From Yuukianura sp. NJ FZ-2021 (lineage: Eukaryota), in the NCBI GenBank assembly GCA_046563655.1, contig CM102290.1, positions 12,090,001-12,154,000 on the forward strand: a stretch of DNA of 64,000 nucleotides. The letters run 5' to 3'. A program made the position numbers and the translations under genes. Under the pieces are notes generated by a model. The model was not told where the DNA came from. It ran no database searches and saw only the letters and a list, made by a program, of their open reading frames with translations. Within the stretch, counting starts at the first letter, position 1, and every line of letters starts with the position of its first letter. Positions 34,848 to 49,490 of the stretch are shown here, one piece after another.

Positions 34848-37800
34848 CATGCTTAGTAGCAGTTGATAGGCTTTGGATTTGAGCAAATGAGTGGTAGCTT
34901 TCGTAATTGGATAAGATCCTATTCATTTCTCCTTAATTAGTGAGCATGGCTTCTAATTAGTCATTTCTGGCAGAGAAAGGAGAGCTGCTTTCTCCTGGAG
35001 GAGATGCGTTTTGTTCATTGAAGGAGCAGGGGGGGACTAGACTATGTGAGCGTGACAGGAGTCAATGGTTGGTGCGGTGGGGAGACGGAAGGAAGCCAAA
35101 GTTGGGCAGACAATGCGGACATGAGGAAAAGTTAACTTTGGCAGAGTCACACGGAAGCCATCTCAGGAGTACAAAGGAGGCAAATTCAAATGGAAACCGC
35201 CGGACTCCATAAATTCCATTTCCCCATTTTCCAAGCCCAGTACTACTTTCCACTCAATTCATTTGGGACCTGTAGCCTCTAACCTAACTTAATTCTGCTA
35301 TGCACTTAGTTCTTTCAAAATTTCCTGTTTTTTGTTGGTTTTCGAGTTTCATCAATTACTATTTCCATACCTAAATCAATGTTCAACACTCCCGTTGTTT
35401 AGGAAAAGCTTTAATTCTTTTGTATTCCCCAAGAGTTTCGGTTCAGCTTAAAATATTCCGACCGGTTTTTCGGTTTTGCCGGTTCACAGAATTCGGTAAA
35501 ATCGTAAAGCGATCTACCATGTTTTCTGCGTCGCTGTCCTGCTGTAATCTAAAATCCATTGGAAAGTGAATGAGTAAATAATGGATTTGTGCATGAGTCG
35601 TAGGATTTAAGTGGGATTGGAATTTGAGTTTCGGCGCTGATCCTAGTACTTCTAAAACGTAGTGGAAGGAGCTGAAAACCATGTTCAAAAAAAGTGTACA
35701 GCACTGCGAACGGGAGTTTTTTTGGTAGTTGTTCCCGGGTGAAATGAAAGTGAGGAATTGGCTGTCGGGTTCTGTTTTGGAGGAAAAAGGCGGGAGTTGA
35801 CCATCCGATTAATCAGATTTTCAAAAAACGAAATAGAAACCATTAGGGATGAAATGAGGTTCTGCTGGGAAGTTGTAATGGAATGTAGAGCCACTTTCTA
35901 GCTTAAAACTAGAAACTGTGATTCACAGTTCTAATTCTAGAAGAAAGTCTTAGTTTTCTCACTAAACACTAAACAGTTGCTCTTGCTACTTTGGTTTTTA
36001 GTGGAAAGTTCATATTGAATTTTGGCGCCATAAATTGAATCCATCTCCAGGAGCCAAAGTGGGTTCTAAGGAAAACACTTTGTTTCTTAGACTCTCCCTT
36101 TAGAATCAAATAGACTTTGAGGCTCATCCTCTTTAGAACCCATTAGATTTTGTCTATTCAAATTCAAAATGGAGTCAGAAGGCTCGGTAATGCTGGGAGT
36201 CTGGATGCTGGAGTTTCCAAATGTTTTGGGTTCAGCTGCCAAGGGTCTCCATTAAGACGCTTCAGACATAAGTGCCCACCAAATTCAAAATTAAATCCAA
36301 AAGACGTTTCCCGCGCTCTCTTCCAAACTTTACTTCCAGTACTACGCCACAAAGATCACAAATCCAGTTACTCTAAAAAAGAAACTCTGGCTTGGAATTT
36401 TTCCATTTGCTTATTCTGTTTAGTAGAAAGGTTGGAGCTAAAAGCTTGTCTAAAGAAGAGTGAGAAAATTTAAAAATAGTTGTATCTTAATTCTGTTTGA
36501 ACAAACAAAAACTGGTGTTTGAACAAACTTTAAAGTTGAACAGAGTCATTCATCAGTCAGAGCAGAACTAAAAGAGCGTGTTTGAAAAAAGTCAAACGGA
36601 AAATTGAAACTGTTTTGGAACAATTTTTGAAAGACGGCGCAAATGTAGCAGTTTCAAAAAAAATGGAAGCGACACTTTCGCTTCAAGCGTTTTTTTTTCA
36701 CAGAGCGCCAACTTTCAAAATATATTTAAAGACAAAGGGAGAGAAGAAGCTCAAACTTCTTCCACTACATCCTTTTTAATGGTAATGAGAATGGGAATGT
36801 TAGTCTTTCTTGTCAGACAACCGGAACACTTTTTCTTGTGCCTCCTTCCTGTGACACTGACACTGTGTTGAATGACCTCCATTTCTATAGATCTGTTCCA
36901 AATTTTCAAAAATTTTACAATTTTTTGGAGAAAGTTAGTTTCTTTAGTTTTAAATCCGTGTTTACCACTTTTCCAACTGATTTGAGTCTCCTGTGGCCAC
37001 AAAGAGAAGGAATTTGATGACAAGTCGTCAGTAAGGATTTTGAAAATTGAAAAGTTTTCTTTTCGCGCTTTTTTTCTTCGTTTCTCTTTTTCCCGGGTAT
37101 TTTTGGAAGCTATAAAGTCCCATTTGGTGGTTTCGGTCTGATTCTTCAGAGTTTACTTGTAAAGAGGACCTGGAATTTAGTTGGAAAGTGGAATCTAAAG
37201 AGTTCTGGAATGGATCCAACGGAGGTACTAGTACTAGTAGTACTGTGGTTCCCTGGAAGAAGTTGGAGCCATTGAACTGGTGCGTTCCTCCGTTTGGTTT
37301 TGCCGCCGATATATTAGGAATTGGATAAGTGCGGATTTGGGGTAGCTGGCATCGGCACTGCATAGTTTGCAAATGATGCGAAACTGGTTTCGCAGGAGAC
37401 ATGCCAAGTCCACCGAACCATCAATTCCCTCATGGATCTTCAGTTGAGGGGGTTTTTCAAGGGGGGGGGGGGACTTCGCATGGTTTTTGGGCGGGAGACT
37501 TGAAAGGGCAAGGCTCTGAGTCTGACACGGTTTGCTGTGCCCTCCTGCCTTTGAAATATGCCATCCGCTTCTGCTACATTTCCCCAAGCACACAACCTCC
37601 CCCCTCCCGCTCGCTGCGGGGGAGGAGGGAGTTTGAAGCGGAAGAGAAAGCGAAGAAAGTGAAAGTGAATCAACATAAATGCGAACCATTTCCCCCCATT
37701 CCACACAAACACCATTTACAAGGAAAATCAATAAGGGCCCTCCTCAATCGTAGGTTATACTCAAACTCATTCACACTCCATCCCAAACATAGTCATTCCA

Positions 37801-38351
37801 TCACCCTATTCCTCCTCCGTTTTTCTAGGTGTCAGGAGTACATAACACATCTATGGAATCTAAACACCTCAGAATTATGGTTTACCTCCACTTCAAATCT
37901 TGCCGCACTTTCTTTTCAAAAGGATTATGGGCACTTGAAGACTCAAAGTACACTTTCCCACAACACAAAATAAGACATAACACTCAAGGACACCAAATTT
38001 ACTGATTTACTCAAACTCCTTTCCACTCTTTCACTAAAAGATGTAAAGCAACGATAGGCTCCATAAACTTTACACGTTAGATTTGGCTGACGCTAACCTA
38101 ACGTTAACATTTCTCAAAATGTTGACAAATAACACTACTCTTTTCCAAAAAGAGTTACAACTTTCTACGTTTCAGTTGTATTAGCTTAATTTGTTTTGGC
38201 CTAACGTTAGGTTTTTAGAGTGTCGATTACGATAGGTTGTTACGCTAACGGTGGTATTAGGTTAACCACGGCCTTGGGAAGTGTATGGTCAGTGTAGCTC
38301 AATATTGTGATTGGTGGATTAGGAATCGCTTTGATTTTAATTTGTTTTAAG

Positions 38352-38593
38352 CAAGGTTCCTTGACAACGAAAAATGAATTTTCTTTAGCAGGTTGAGTAT
38401 ACCTCGCTTGTTGACAAAAAAAAATGGAAAAAAAAAATATTGGTACCAATTCGTATGTAAAATAAATTTAAAAAATTCGGCTGTATTGTTATGACTACGT
38501 TACCATGAAATCAAAGACACTATTTTTTGCAAAATCGAAAAAACATGAGGTATTTCTCCACCTGTTAAAGAAAATGAAAGTCAACAAACCTTG
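38352..38593 (+). mobile_element. MITE copy 1 (hAT- or P-superfamily-like; CAAGGTT...AACCTTG termini)
   Basis: Terminal and subterminal inverted repeats (ATTTTCTTTAGCAGGT.. / ..ACCTGTTAAAGAAAAT); 8-bp TSD GTTTTAAG (38344-38351) / GCTTTAAG (38594-38601); homologous to 41226-41489. Confidence 0.85.
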
Positions 38594-41225
38594 GCTTTAA
38601 GGTTTCTAATTCCTCAAATTTCCAATTCAAAATATAAAAAAAGCGTTTTTTGAAAAACTTTGAAAAAAAATCGTTTACAGAAAAATTTGGAAAAAGTTTT
38701 TTTTTAAAACGTATAGTTCTGTAGTTGAGCAGTTGAAGTGTACGTGTAAGAGGAACCTTGGAAAGAGGGAGAGAAAGCTCTTACCTCGTCCTAATTAAAA
38801 GCCACTGTGAAAATGTCACTAGAGTGAGACATAATGAAGCGCTGGAGACTGTGAAAGAGGGGGGCTAAATTGTGGAGTGGGGGGTTGATCCTGGAGAGTG
38901 ACGGGCACAATTAGGAGAACCCGACTTCGAATCCTTTGTCATGTCCATGTCGAGCTCAAGTATTATAGCGGCCGAAGCTTCGGGATAATAAATGTCAGGC
39001 GATGAGAAACGACCAGGAGCATAGACTGACTGTAGGGCTCCAAACGGCCTTGGGTACCCTCAACATCCATTCTCAGTCCGTTTTTAGTTCATGCTGCTTT
39101 TAGAAGAAAAATGCCCGGGAAAAAGAAAGAAACCAAGGTTTTTGGCGGGAACAAAGAATCAATTAATTTCACTTTCCCTTGGATTTCTTTTCGGAGAAAA
39201 GTCAAAAGTTAGGGCGCGAATATTTGTTGGCAACTTGACCCACTTTCTCCGGAATCCATTTTTTAGAACTTTCACTTTTTGAACTTTCCCTCCGTGGTTT
39301 TTCAAAATTGAATTTTGAAATCTCTATGCTCACCTGCTGGAATTTGATGCTGCTGCGTTAGGTTTCATATTATGCTTGCCAGAGTAATGAATTTGAGCCT
39401 TCTATGGCTTTTGCCTTTCACTTTCATTTTCAAAAGGAAACACTTTTCCCGCTCTCCCGCTTTGTTTAGTTCTCAAAGAAATGAATTTGAAATTACAGTC
39501 AGCGCCTTACGCTTTTTACCACTAGGCTACACCCCTTTGAGAACACAGGAAAAACCTCAGGCACCTAACGTTATAAGTATACCTTAAATCCATCTTCAAA
39601 TTAAGCGCTCTTTTCTTCCTTTTTTTGAAAATTAGGCTTTAAGTTACGTCTTGCCAAAAAAAAATTCATTAATTTTATTTCCAGTTTCCATGAAGCTGAT
39701 AAACCTTAAGAAAAGGAACAGAGGAAGTCAAAGGAATGAAAATTTTTTGGTGTCCCGAGATTTGAAATTGGCGCTCTCTAGAACTTAACTTATAGTAAGT
39801 ATGCTTAGGAAATCCCTTGGATTTTGCTCAATAAGTTTCTTTTATTTAGAAAAGAACAAACTAGAAATTAGAAAAAGGACTTTTTTAGACTCCTGCACCC
39901 CCACCCGACTCCGCCCCCACAAAAAAAAGTGAAAGTTTTGTGTGAAAGTAGGGGGAGGGGAAGAGGCGGGGGTGGAAATGGCGGGAACTTTTGTAAGCAA
40001 TTAAGACGAGAAGCTGAGCCTAACACTTCTTTTCTTTTTAGTCCTGATTTGCTGAGGCAGAACGTTCTTACGGAAGCACTTTTTTTAAGTTTTCTTATGT
40101 GCACACAAATAAAACCCCTCGTTCTAGGGAAAAGAGGAAGAACTAAATTTTGTTTTAGAAAAACATTTTCTTTTTGAAAAAAATTGACATTTGTACAAAA
40201 AGTAGTGTCAATTTGATAGCTTTGGAGGGAGGGAAATAAGTTTTGAATTTCTGTGTTTTGTCTCTTCCTGTCTACAAAGCTCTTCAAAACTTAAAGAGAA
40301 ACTGCGTAATAGGAAAAAGGGGGGAAACTCAATTTTGAAAACGCGTGTAGATTGTTTCGATTAATTTCATTCCACTTTGTTCTGGATGGGGGGAGGGGGC
40401 GGAATACGGGGGGTGGGGAGGGTAAAATTAGTACAAGGGGAGGGAACCATGTCATAAAAATTTACTCTGGGGACTCGCAAGTTCTATTGTTGTTCAAACT
40501 GTTTGTTCAAATGACAGTCCCCAAAGACTTGGCGCTCCAAGGTAGTAGTAGCCGACGACACTTTTCAAAAATTTCAAAATGTCGCTGCGCCTTGCCTTTA
40601 ACCTAACAGACCACCACCACTACAGCCTCACTACATTTAGAAAATCAGGGGCCATAAAAATCCGGGCATACACTTACCGCTCACTGACTTTCACCAGTCC
40701 CTGCACTCTAGTCTCCACCACGAATTAATTTAAATTTCGAGCCAGTTTTTTGAAATTTTGAAAAAACTTAGAGGTTGAGAGCGGGAGTGGAATAAAACCA
40801 TTTGGAGGGGTCTGGGCGTCTGAGGGGAATGCAAATCCGTCGTAAGTTGGAAGATGCCCAATGCTGTCCTTGCGGGAGAAGATGGCGCCGGTCCCCCCGT
40901 TGTCGTAAAAGAAGAATCAAATTCTGGAGGGCGGAAATTACGAATGTGATGATGAGGAGCGGAAGCTTGTTGAAGAGGAAGTGCCCAATCTGACTCATGG
41001 GTCTCCGCTATTGATCCAACTTTCTTTATATTTCCAAGGAGAAAGTTACGGGGGCAGGAGAAACCACTTGGCACTCCAACGCCGAGTTCCAGCGTTCAAA
41101 ATTTCTAATTTGTGGGGAGCCTCGGGCGATTGGCACTGGTCACCTACTTTTTCTTTATTGGTTTCTGAACTCAATGACGGAGCACGCGCAGTTATGTTTG
41201 GTCAAGCGATCATGACAGCTCGGGG

Positions 41226-41489
41226 CAAGGTTACTTGACAACGAAAAGTTAATTTTCTTTAACAGGTTGGGTACTACCTCGCTTGTTGACAAACAAAAAA
41301 CAAAACAAAAACTACAAAAAATTTGTACTAATCCAAAAAATTGGTACCAATTCGTATACATTTAAAAAATTAGCTGTATTGTTATGACTAACGGCGCCCC
41401 GAAATGAAAAGATACTTTTTCTTTGCAAAATCGAAAAAACATGAGGTATTACCCAACCTGTTAAAGAAAATCAAAAGTCAGAAACCTTG
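41226..41489 (+). mobile_element. MITE copy 2, same family
   Basis: CAAGGTT...AACCTTG ends; subterminal IR ATTTTCTTTAACAGGTTGGGTA / TACCCAACCTGTTAAAGAAAAT; TSD GCTCGGGG (41218-41225) / GCTCAGGG (41490-41497); shares ATTGGTACCAATTCGTAT and TTTGCAAAATCGAAAAAACATGAGGTATT with copy 1. Confidence 0.88.
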
Positions 41490-44400
41490 GCTCAGGGGGT
41501 CAAATTGGTTGGAGAAAGTACGGTGAATTAGTTTACTACGATTTTGTTAACGTTAGATGGTCAGACTAGTTGGATTAGGTTATTAAAACCTTGTTTATTC
41601 GCTGGTTTGAATTAGGTTGTCGTTGGATATGGTTAGGTTAACCAAAGATGTTGGATATGCCGCAAAAGATGTAGTAAACGAGGTTTTAATTACCGCAACA
41701 TGTCAACTGAACAAATTCCACCGAAAATTGGATACGGTACAAATGATTTGTTTCCGGTTTTAAAGTTTTGTAATTTGAAGTTTTCAAATTTCTCTGCTTT
41801 TCCTTGAAACGTTGACTCCCATTGATACAGTATGTGCCAAAAATAAGTTTTTTAAGTACTACACAAGTCAACCGTCAAAGGAGTTTTCGTTAGGTTATTC
41901 CGTATGAGGTAGAGCATTTCTCCGCCGCTGTCAAGTTTGTTTGTGCCAACTTTCAAAATGGCAAACTTTTTGAAAGTAATAAAACAGAATTTTTATGCCT
42001 TAATTTGTGCACCTTACGATCAGGCAAATTGGAGGAGTTTGGTTTTCTAACTTCACGTTCAAACACGCAAGGGATTTGTAAACTTTGAAAACAAAAATTT
42101 CGAACATGTTTTCAAAGAAGAAGTTCAAAAACGTTAGTTTTTTTTTTCAATTTCCGTTCAATTTGTACTAGCGTATACTCAAATTTTAAGCGTGAATTGA
42201 AGAAATTTATCATTTCAGCTAGAAGGTCAAGTTAAAATGGCAACTTTTTATACAATTTTGAAAACTTTGAAATCTCAGTGAAAGCTTAAATTGAAATTGC
42301 AAATTATCAGTTTTTACCTGAGCGTAATATTTCAAATTTCCGTTTGAATTCATGTGACAAAGCTCCATTTAAAGCAAAATAATTGGATCTCTGAATTCAA
42401 AAACTCAAATATCATTTCATTTTTCATCATTAAAAGCAGAGGGTGAACAAAAGGTTTTTTGTTTGAACACGTTTTTCCTTTTTCTAAACAAAAAGATCAA
42501 TTTTTAGTCTTCTTTGTTTTTCTGTTTCTCCCTTCCCCTTCTTTTTCTTTTTAGATTTCAACTTGGATAGCATTCAGAATTTTCTGGAACTTGTTTGTTT
42601 GAAAACCATAAATGTCAACATTCAATTCCTTTTTTAAAAATCCAAACGAAATTGAATTAACTCTGCCTGTCACGTCAGCGTGAAGAAGAGTTTATGAAGT
42701 GAGTGTCTAATCATTTCTGGATTCTGTCCACCCACAAACATTCAACACAGAAAAAAAATAGGCGGGAACTTGCATAAAAGTCTCCTCATTTCCAAAAATA
42801 AAAAAGACGCGCCAATTTTCCATAATTTGTGGCTCAAGAGAAAGTTGGGTTGTTGACAAAAGTTTATTCCTTCTCTTTTTTACATAGTACGACCACAAAA
42901 GTTAGTCAAAATTGGCGGGTTTGTCTGTACGGAACTTTAAGAACTCAATTTCAAACAAAAAATTCAAAAAAGTAAGTTTGCGTTTTACCAGGATTTTATT
43001 TTTGGCTGGCAGCCCTTAAGGAAGGCGTGGCTTTCACAGCGTTTTTTGAGTTTTTGTAAATTACGTAAATTATGAATACTTTTTATGTTTTTTGAGTTTC
43101 ATAAAGTTATTCAGCTTCTTCCCGCCCCCAGTTGCTATGGATGGGGGGACTGGAAACTCAGCAGCACTTGAACGTCCTCTCCAAAACGAAACCTAAAGCG
43201 AGAGAGAAGCTAAGCTAAGGACTCTTTTGTTTTAGTGCAGGGAAGCGTAATTGCAAACCTCGCAAATCATTTTCAATGGAAAATGATGAAGAAGGCTCCT
43301 CATCCTCTGCTTTTTCAAACAAAGGGAGGCGGGAAATTAAGAGGTCGTTGCCCTTGCCGCACTTTCACCTAAAATCTGCGGGTTGGAAGGTTCCAATGAC
43401 ACACTGCTCGGCGGATGCCCAGCAGTACTAGTTTGTAGTAGGTTTCAAAGCAACTTAGTTTCAACTTTAGTCCTCCTACCAGCACGCACAGCACATTTCT
43501 TTTGTCATTTCCAGAATAGAAAAAAGTGGCGTCAGTGATCAGCCCAGTTCCGTACTTTCCATACTTTCACTCGATTAAACTCAATTTCCAATTTTGGTTC
43601 TCCCAGAAGGAGTTTTGGAGCTTACGAAAGTGAAAACAGTCACATCCGATACTACGTGTGTAGGGAAAAGCGATGACAGCAGGAGCGGTGTACAAAAAAC
43701 ACAGAGTTTCGAATTGCATATGTAATATTCCATATTATTTTCGGCAAAAACAAAGTGGTTTTCAATTTCGTTTCTGTTTTACCTAACGTCATCTTACGTA
43801 TAACTAAATTTTAAACTTATTTTTCCAAATTGTGTAACATTCTAACATTACAACTCTAGCAAACCCAGTTTTTTTTCTTTAAAAAAAAAACAATGTTTTT
43901 GTCTTTTTTTTAATCTCTCATTGCTTAACACAAAAAAAAATAATTAACGAGCTTGTTTTTCAAAAATGAAAAGTTGTTTTTCTATTTACAAAGTTTTTTT
44001 TTAATTTCGCGAAACAGAAAGAAAGGCGGGCGCATCAATTAAATATTTTTTGTTTCTGATGTTCTTTTTGTGTTGCAACTTTCTCCATTTCACGCCGTTT
44101 GTTAGGTTTGAAAAAAAAATTGGCCTCTTTTTGTGAACTGGGGAATCAAATCCTTTTCAAACTTTTAAAAAATTCAAATAGTAAGGAATAGAATACTAAG
44201 GTTTCAGTATCCTGAATTTGTGAAAAGAGGAGGCCCTTGAAGGGTTCGTTCCTTCTGAGCTCACTCTCTCATAAACTACTTAAACTATCGAGTGGCAAAA
44301 ATTCAAAAGCAGAAAAGCTTTGACAATTTTGGGCACTCAAATTTTCAAATCATAAAATGTTCTAAATCGTTGTTGATCGATTTGTGATTAAAATCAGGAT

Positions 44401-47400
44401 TTTGCTGTGCTTTCACCGCTGATTTCAAAAACTAACCTCATTAACAAAGATAAAGTCAAAGATAAAGTGAAAGTTGTTATGATGCATATCAAATAGTAAA
44501 ATCTACAATGAATTATTCACACGAGGGTAAGCTAAACCCGTCACATTAAATAAAATGCTTTCTTTTTGTTTGTTTTTTGGTCAAAACATGGGTCTCTGAC
44601 CCACTGTGGGTCTGTGGGACTACTTGAAACCCACCTCAACCCCCTTCCCTTTTTAGACCCCCCCCCCTCTGTTGTTGGGAGGGGGGGGGGTCCATTGCCC
44701 AATTACTTGACACTGTAATGGAAGTGAGCGGAAGTGGGTAAGGCCTTGGCTAAAGGGTTCTCCATGTGAATGGAGAATTAGGTCTGGTTGATTAAGTCCA
44801 TTTATCCCAGAGGAAGAAGAGATCCGTGGTCCAGAGCCACCACGAGTACTGCCAGTACTTCCCAATAATTAAAACTCGCTTCAGCCTTCTCGGGGGACTT
44901 GGACTCTGTCTGGAAGTTGTGGAAGAGTGGCAGTGGTACTTGCTAATTCACCATAAGCTTTCTCTCTCTTCCTACCCGGGAAAATTCGAATGTGATGCCA
45001 CCACCGCACTAGGAGTTGGAAGTATAAATGGTTCCAAAGTACATACAGTCGTCCTTAATCTCCAAACTCACTCCTCAATAACTCCATTCACTTCCACTTC
45101 AAAGACTTTCAATGAGACTTAATAAGGCATATGGGAATGTGGCATTAGAAACTACTAGGGACTTAACTCTCTCGGCGCCATTTTCAAATTCAAAAAATTC
45201 AGTTCCAAATTAAAAAGCAGGGACTTAAAATCTAGGCTTTGACATAGGAGTAGATTTTGAGGAGAAAAGGGAAAGGAAAGAGAAAAGGTGATGCTTGGGT
45301 GGCACATTTTTTGAAAAATTCAGAAAAAATGAGATTTGAACTCCGCTTTGAATAGGATAGTGATCTTGTTAAATTCAATTAGAGTTGATTGTAATTAGGC
45401 CCAGGTGAATAGTGCTTGAGTAATCGGATTGACTTCCGGAGTCATTAGGAAATCAATAGCTGAGTCGTGCGAGAGTATAAGGCTTCAGTTCCAATCCGAT
45501 TAATTGCGAATCTCTGACTCTCTACTTTTTACCTCCTCATTAACTCCCCCACCCATCCGTCACTCCCTTTCACTTCTGAGAGAGAGGGGGGGGGAGAGAA
45601 AGTAGGGGGGGGGGGTGAGGAAGTAAATGAAGAAGGCTTAGGGAGAGAGGAAATTGGAGGCTGGGGGCGCTTTGTCTTTTTCGGATTTTGAAAAGAACGG
45701 GGGAGGCTGTGAGGGGGCGTTGCCTGGGGCAACGTCGCTGCTCAGGTAGAACCAAATAGAAAAGGAAGCTTTCTTTCTCCCTTCCAGGGAAAAATGGATC
45801 CACTCCTGTGCTACGGTGAAGCCTTGTAAGGTGCCCTGTAAGGTGGGACCAGCCCCACCAAGTCATGCATACGACAGGACCCGCCTCGAGGGTGGGGCCA
45901 GTAGCTCTAAGTTGATGAAATGATTTTGATTGATGGTTGTTCTTGTGGGCAGACGGCTGAGAGTAGCGGTAGTGGAGCATTAGTCATTGATAGCGTTAGC
46001 GGGAAGATTTGAATTGAATTTTGGCGGGAATCAATTAGTCTCTGTCCAGTGCCAGGAGGAGGTCAAAAGTGAAAGTCAGGCAAGATGATGGGCACATTTC
46101 TGGGACTCTTATGACTCACTTCACTTCTACAAATTGCATCCATTTGGATCTAAGCAAAAGTGGACAAAAACCGTTTCCAAGTGCTTTCTGCAACCAAGCA
46201 TCCGACGTACACTTTATTCTTAGAGTGGTTTCCGGACGTTTTCGAACGGAAACTGATGAACAAATATCTCCGTAAACGTAATTTCCTAGAAAGAATCTAG
46301 TCTAACGTAAACCTGTCTATAAAAGTGTTCGTGTCCATAAATCACCTTCAATAAAAGTAACACGGACAGATACTAATGGACACATTCGTCCATAAGTGTC
46401 CGTCCATAGCCGTCCAGAGACGGATGGGAACGGCTTCCAGCAGAGACGCATCAAGCATCATCTTCCAGATCTTTCAAAATATCCCCCTCTCCCCACCCCA
46501 CCCAAGCACCAGATCAGAGTCGATTAGTCAAAGGGAGTGCAGTAGCACGCCTCTTTCCTTCCAACGCAACCTAATGAACTTAATTTATCAAACATCACTT
46601 GCACTATTTAAATTGAAACGCTCTTTCTTCTTTCTTTTTCCAAAAAACGAAAAAAAGCGACCTTTGCACTTTTTTCATCCTAGATTAGGTTGGCAGGATT
46701 TAAAAAAAAGAAATTAGAAGTTTAGAATGTTGATGGGACAAAAGTTCGGAGACTCCACCACGCCCATCCCATGTTTTCCCTAATCCTCAACTTTCTTCAA
46801 TCCCAAAATTCAAAAGTCAGCGCTCTTCCCGCAAGCAGTAACTTTCCCGCCAAACCCCTCTTTTCTTTTGTTTTCTTCAAAACCCGTCGAAAGACTAGGC
46901 AAAGCCCTCCAAAGGCCTAAGGAAAAGCAGAGAAAGAAAGCGTTCTGAAACTTAAGTTTTTTGGAAAGTGGAAAATGGGAAATCAGGGTTAGGTTTTGGT
47001 TAGGCTAGGTAGGCTATGAGAAAAGTGGTCGTGAGTCTCTCCTGGGAAGGATCGGTTCTACTGCTCCCCTTCCTCATTCCGTTTCTTCCAGACCACTACT
47101 TTCTCCACTTTCTCCGTCCAAACCATAACTTCTCGCTTAGGTTACGTTTTCACGGTCAACCATCGCTGAACATAGTGGGAAAATTTGAATTTCGAGCGAC
47201 TTTTTATAAAAGAATTTTTGAAATTTTGTGATATTTTTAGTTCCGGATAAAACGCGGTTTGGTTAAATTTCTGACTAAAAGTGTCCCTATTGAAAATATC
47301 TCAAAAATATCCTTTTTGTGGAGATATTTTCCGAGATATTTTTGGTCAAGATAAAATATCATTGCGTTGTGATCTCACAAGTGAGACAATTTGAACAGTT

Positions 47401-49490
47401 GCTCCACATCTGAAGAACAGCAAAAGCTGATGGGAGAATCAGAGGAAAAGAAAACTTTTTGAAAACGAGCGATAGAAAATGAATTTTTGAGTAGAAATTC
47501 AAAGGGTTTGGCGGAAGATTCCATCTGCTTATGATTTCATTGGTCTTTTAGGCTGGTGGTACGTGCGTTCACATACAAATTCCTCAAGTGGGGACAAAAG
47601 AGACACTTTTTTTGGAAGTGGTGACCACCCTAGGCAGGGAAGAGCAGGAAGGTTCAAGTCCACTCAAGCGAAAGCACCGCGGTGCTTTTCAAACACGCTA
47701 CACCGTGTTTGAACTTGAGCTTTTCCCGGGCGCTCAAATATCCAATCATATTTCAAACCTTTCAGCAAATCCCTCTCCTGTCACCTTGGAAACGACAGCT
47801 TACAAGCACTTTATCAGGCCAGGGACATTACTCCTTCCTTGTCACTTCGTCCAGGACATGGACAAGTTACAGGAAGGATGAGTGCTTCCCATTGGTCAAT
47901 CCTTCCGTAGTACTTGACATCTTTCTAAAAATAAGTCTTTCATCCTGGCTAGGGAAAGTTCAAAAATTTCAAATTTCCGGGAAATTCCGGCTTTTCCAAT
48001 TCGGAACTTTTAAGGGAATCAAAGTCAAATTTTTGTGAGCATTTGAAGTGGGTTTGAAAGGTTTCTCTTTGTTCTTTTGGTGGAAGGAAGGAGGAAATCA
48101 ACTTCCGTGCCGGAAACCAAACCTGTCTTGAAGTATCTTTTCAAATGTTTTCAAAATGGTTTTCAAAATGTTTTTTGAAATAAACAGAGGGAACAGGAGG
48201 GCGAAGTCCATAAATCTCCTTTATGCACTTACTTTCTCCTCCTACCTCTGCGCCGACTCCATTATTCCGCACTTTCTCTTTTTATAAACGCCCAAGGTGG
48301 AAACGAACTTCAAAATTGATCTCTCTCCCTTATCCACCATCACGCTTCATTACGCCCTACACAAAGATAATTAACACACAGATTTACCTGTTCCTGGCAT
48401 CAACTAACGTCAATTTAAGTCAATTAATATCAGTCAATTAACCTAACTGCAATTAACTAAAGTGGAAAAGTGGTAAACCGATGCTGTTGCGCTACAGTTA
48501 AAGCTTGGGCTCATTAAGTAAAAATTTAAAATTTAAAAATTTTTAGCTTACAATTTCCAAAAAAAAACGTCACTTAATTTATTTCCTCATTTTTTTTTTC
48601 GTAAAATTTTTTCTTATGTAACAATTTAAACCAAAAAAGTTTTTTTTTATGCAAATCCAGTAAATTTATGTTTAAGTTGATAGAAGTGAAAGCAACTCTT
48701 AAGTCTAATCTAAACGACATAATTAACCCAGTTTAGGCTGAAACTGATTAGTTAACATTTAAAATCTAGAAAAACACATAAGTTTTATGTTATGGTTTTT
48801 GTATGCTTTTCGTAGCTTTTAGGGCCAAATGTACAAATGTTTTGAACGACTAGTTCCGGACTAGTTAGGAGCTTCAAAGTCCTAATTTGACCTCTTGACC
48901 CCCTCCTGAGGTGGCAACTAGGCTGTTAGGGCTAGCAGTGAGCGGTAGACTTGAGTGGATTGATTGAAGACGAAATTGAATGTTGACATGCCTTGGTCCA
49001 ATTGGGATTGGAGGTTGATGGGACATTGGTTACGGTGTGTAGGAGAGTGAGAATAAAGATGTCAGAGACTAAGACCGTTTTAAGCAGTGCTTAGACCCAT
49101 AGTTGGGCATCGGAGACTAGCAGAACAGAGGGACCTGTAGTGTGGTTGAGTAGTGTACGAGCTGGTGTTCGTGCCAGAACAAAATAATTAACGCCATAAA
49201 TCAGAGGCTTATCGCAAAGAAAGAAACAGAGTTGGGCAAAGAACTGCAAGTCGGCGGCACTTTATGAGATGACAACACGACTTTCCAACATAAAGTTACA
49301 CTATGTACTAGTTTAGGTTAGGCCAAAAATCGCAAATTTTACACATCGGGTTTCTAGTAATTTTGCACACACGCTGGTTCACACTGTCGAACTTTTCGCC
49401 ATAGCTAGTCGAACTTTTCATTTTCGCCAAGTGAACTTATTTCCACTATCGTAAATGGATTTTTAGAATTTGTGGGAACTTTGTGTCAGC

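Noticed and set aside
40387..45620. G-rich tracts as G-quadruplexes (40387-40445, 45586-45620)
   Set aside because: Possible, but common in such introns, with nothing specific to support function.
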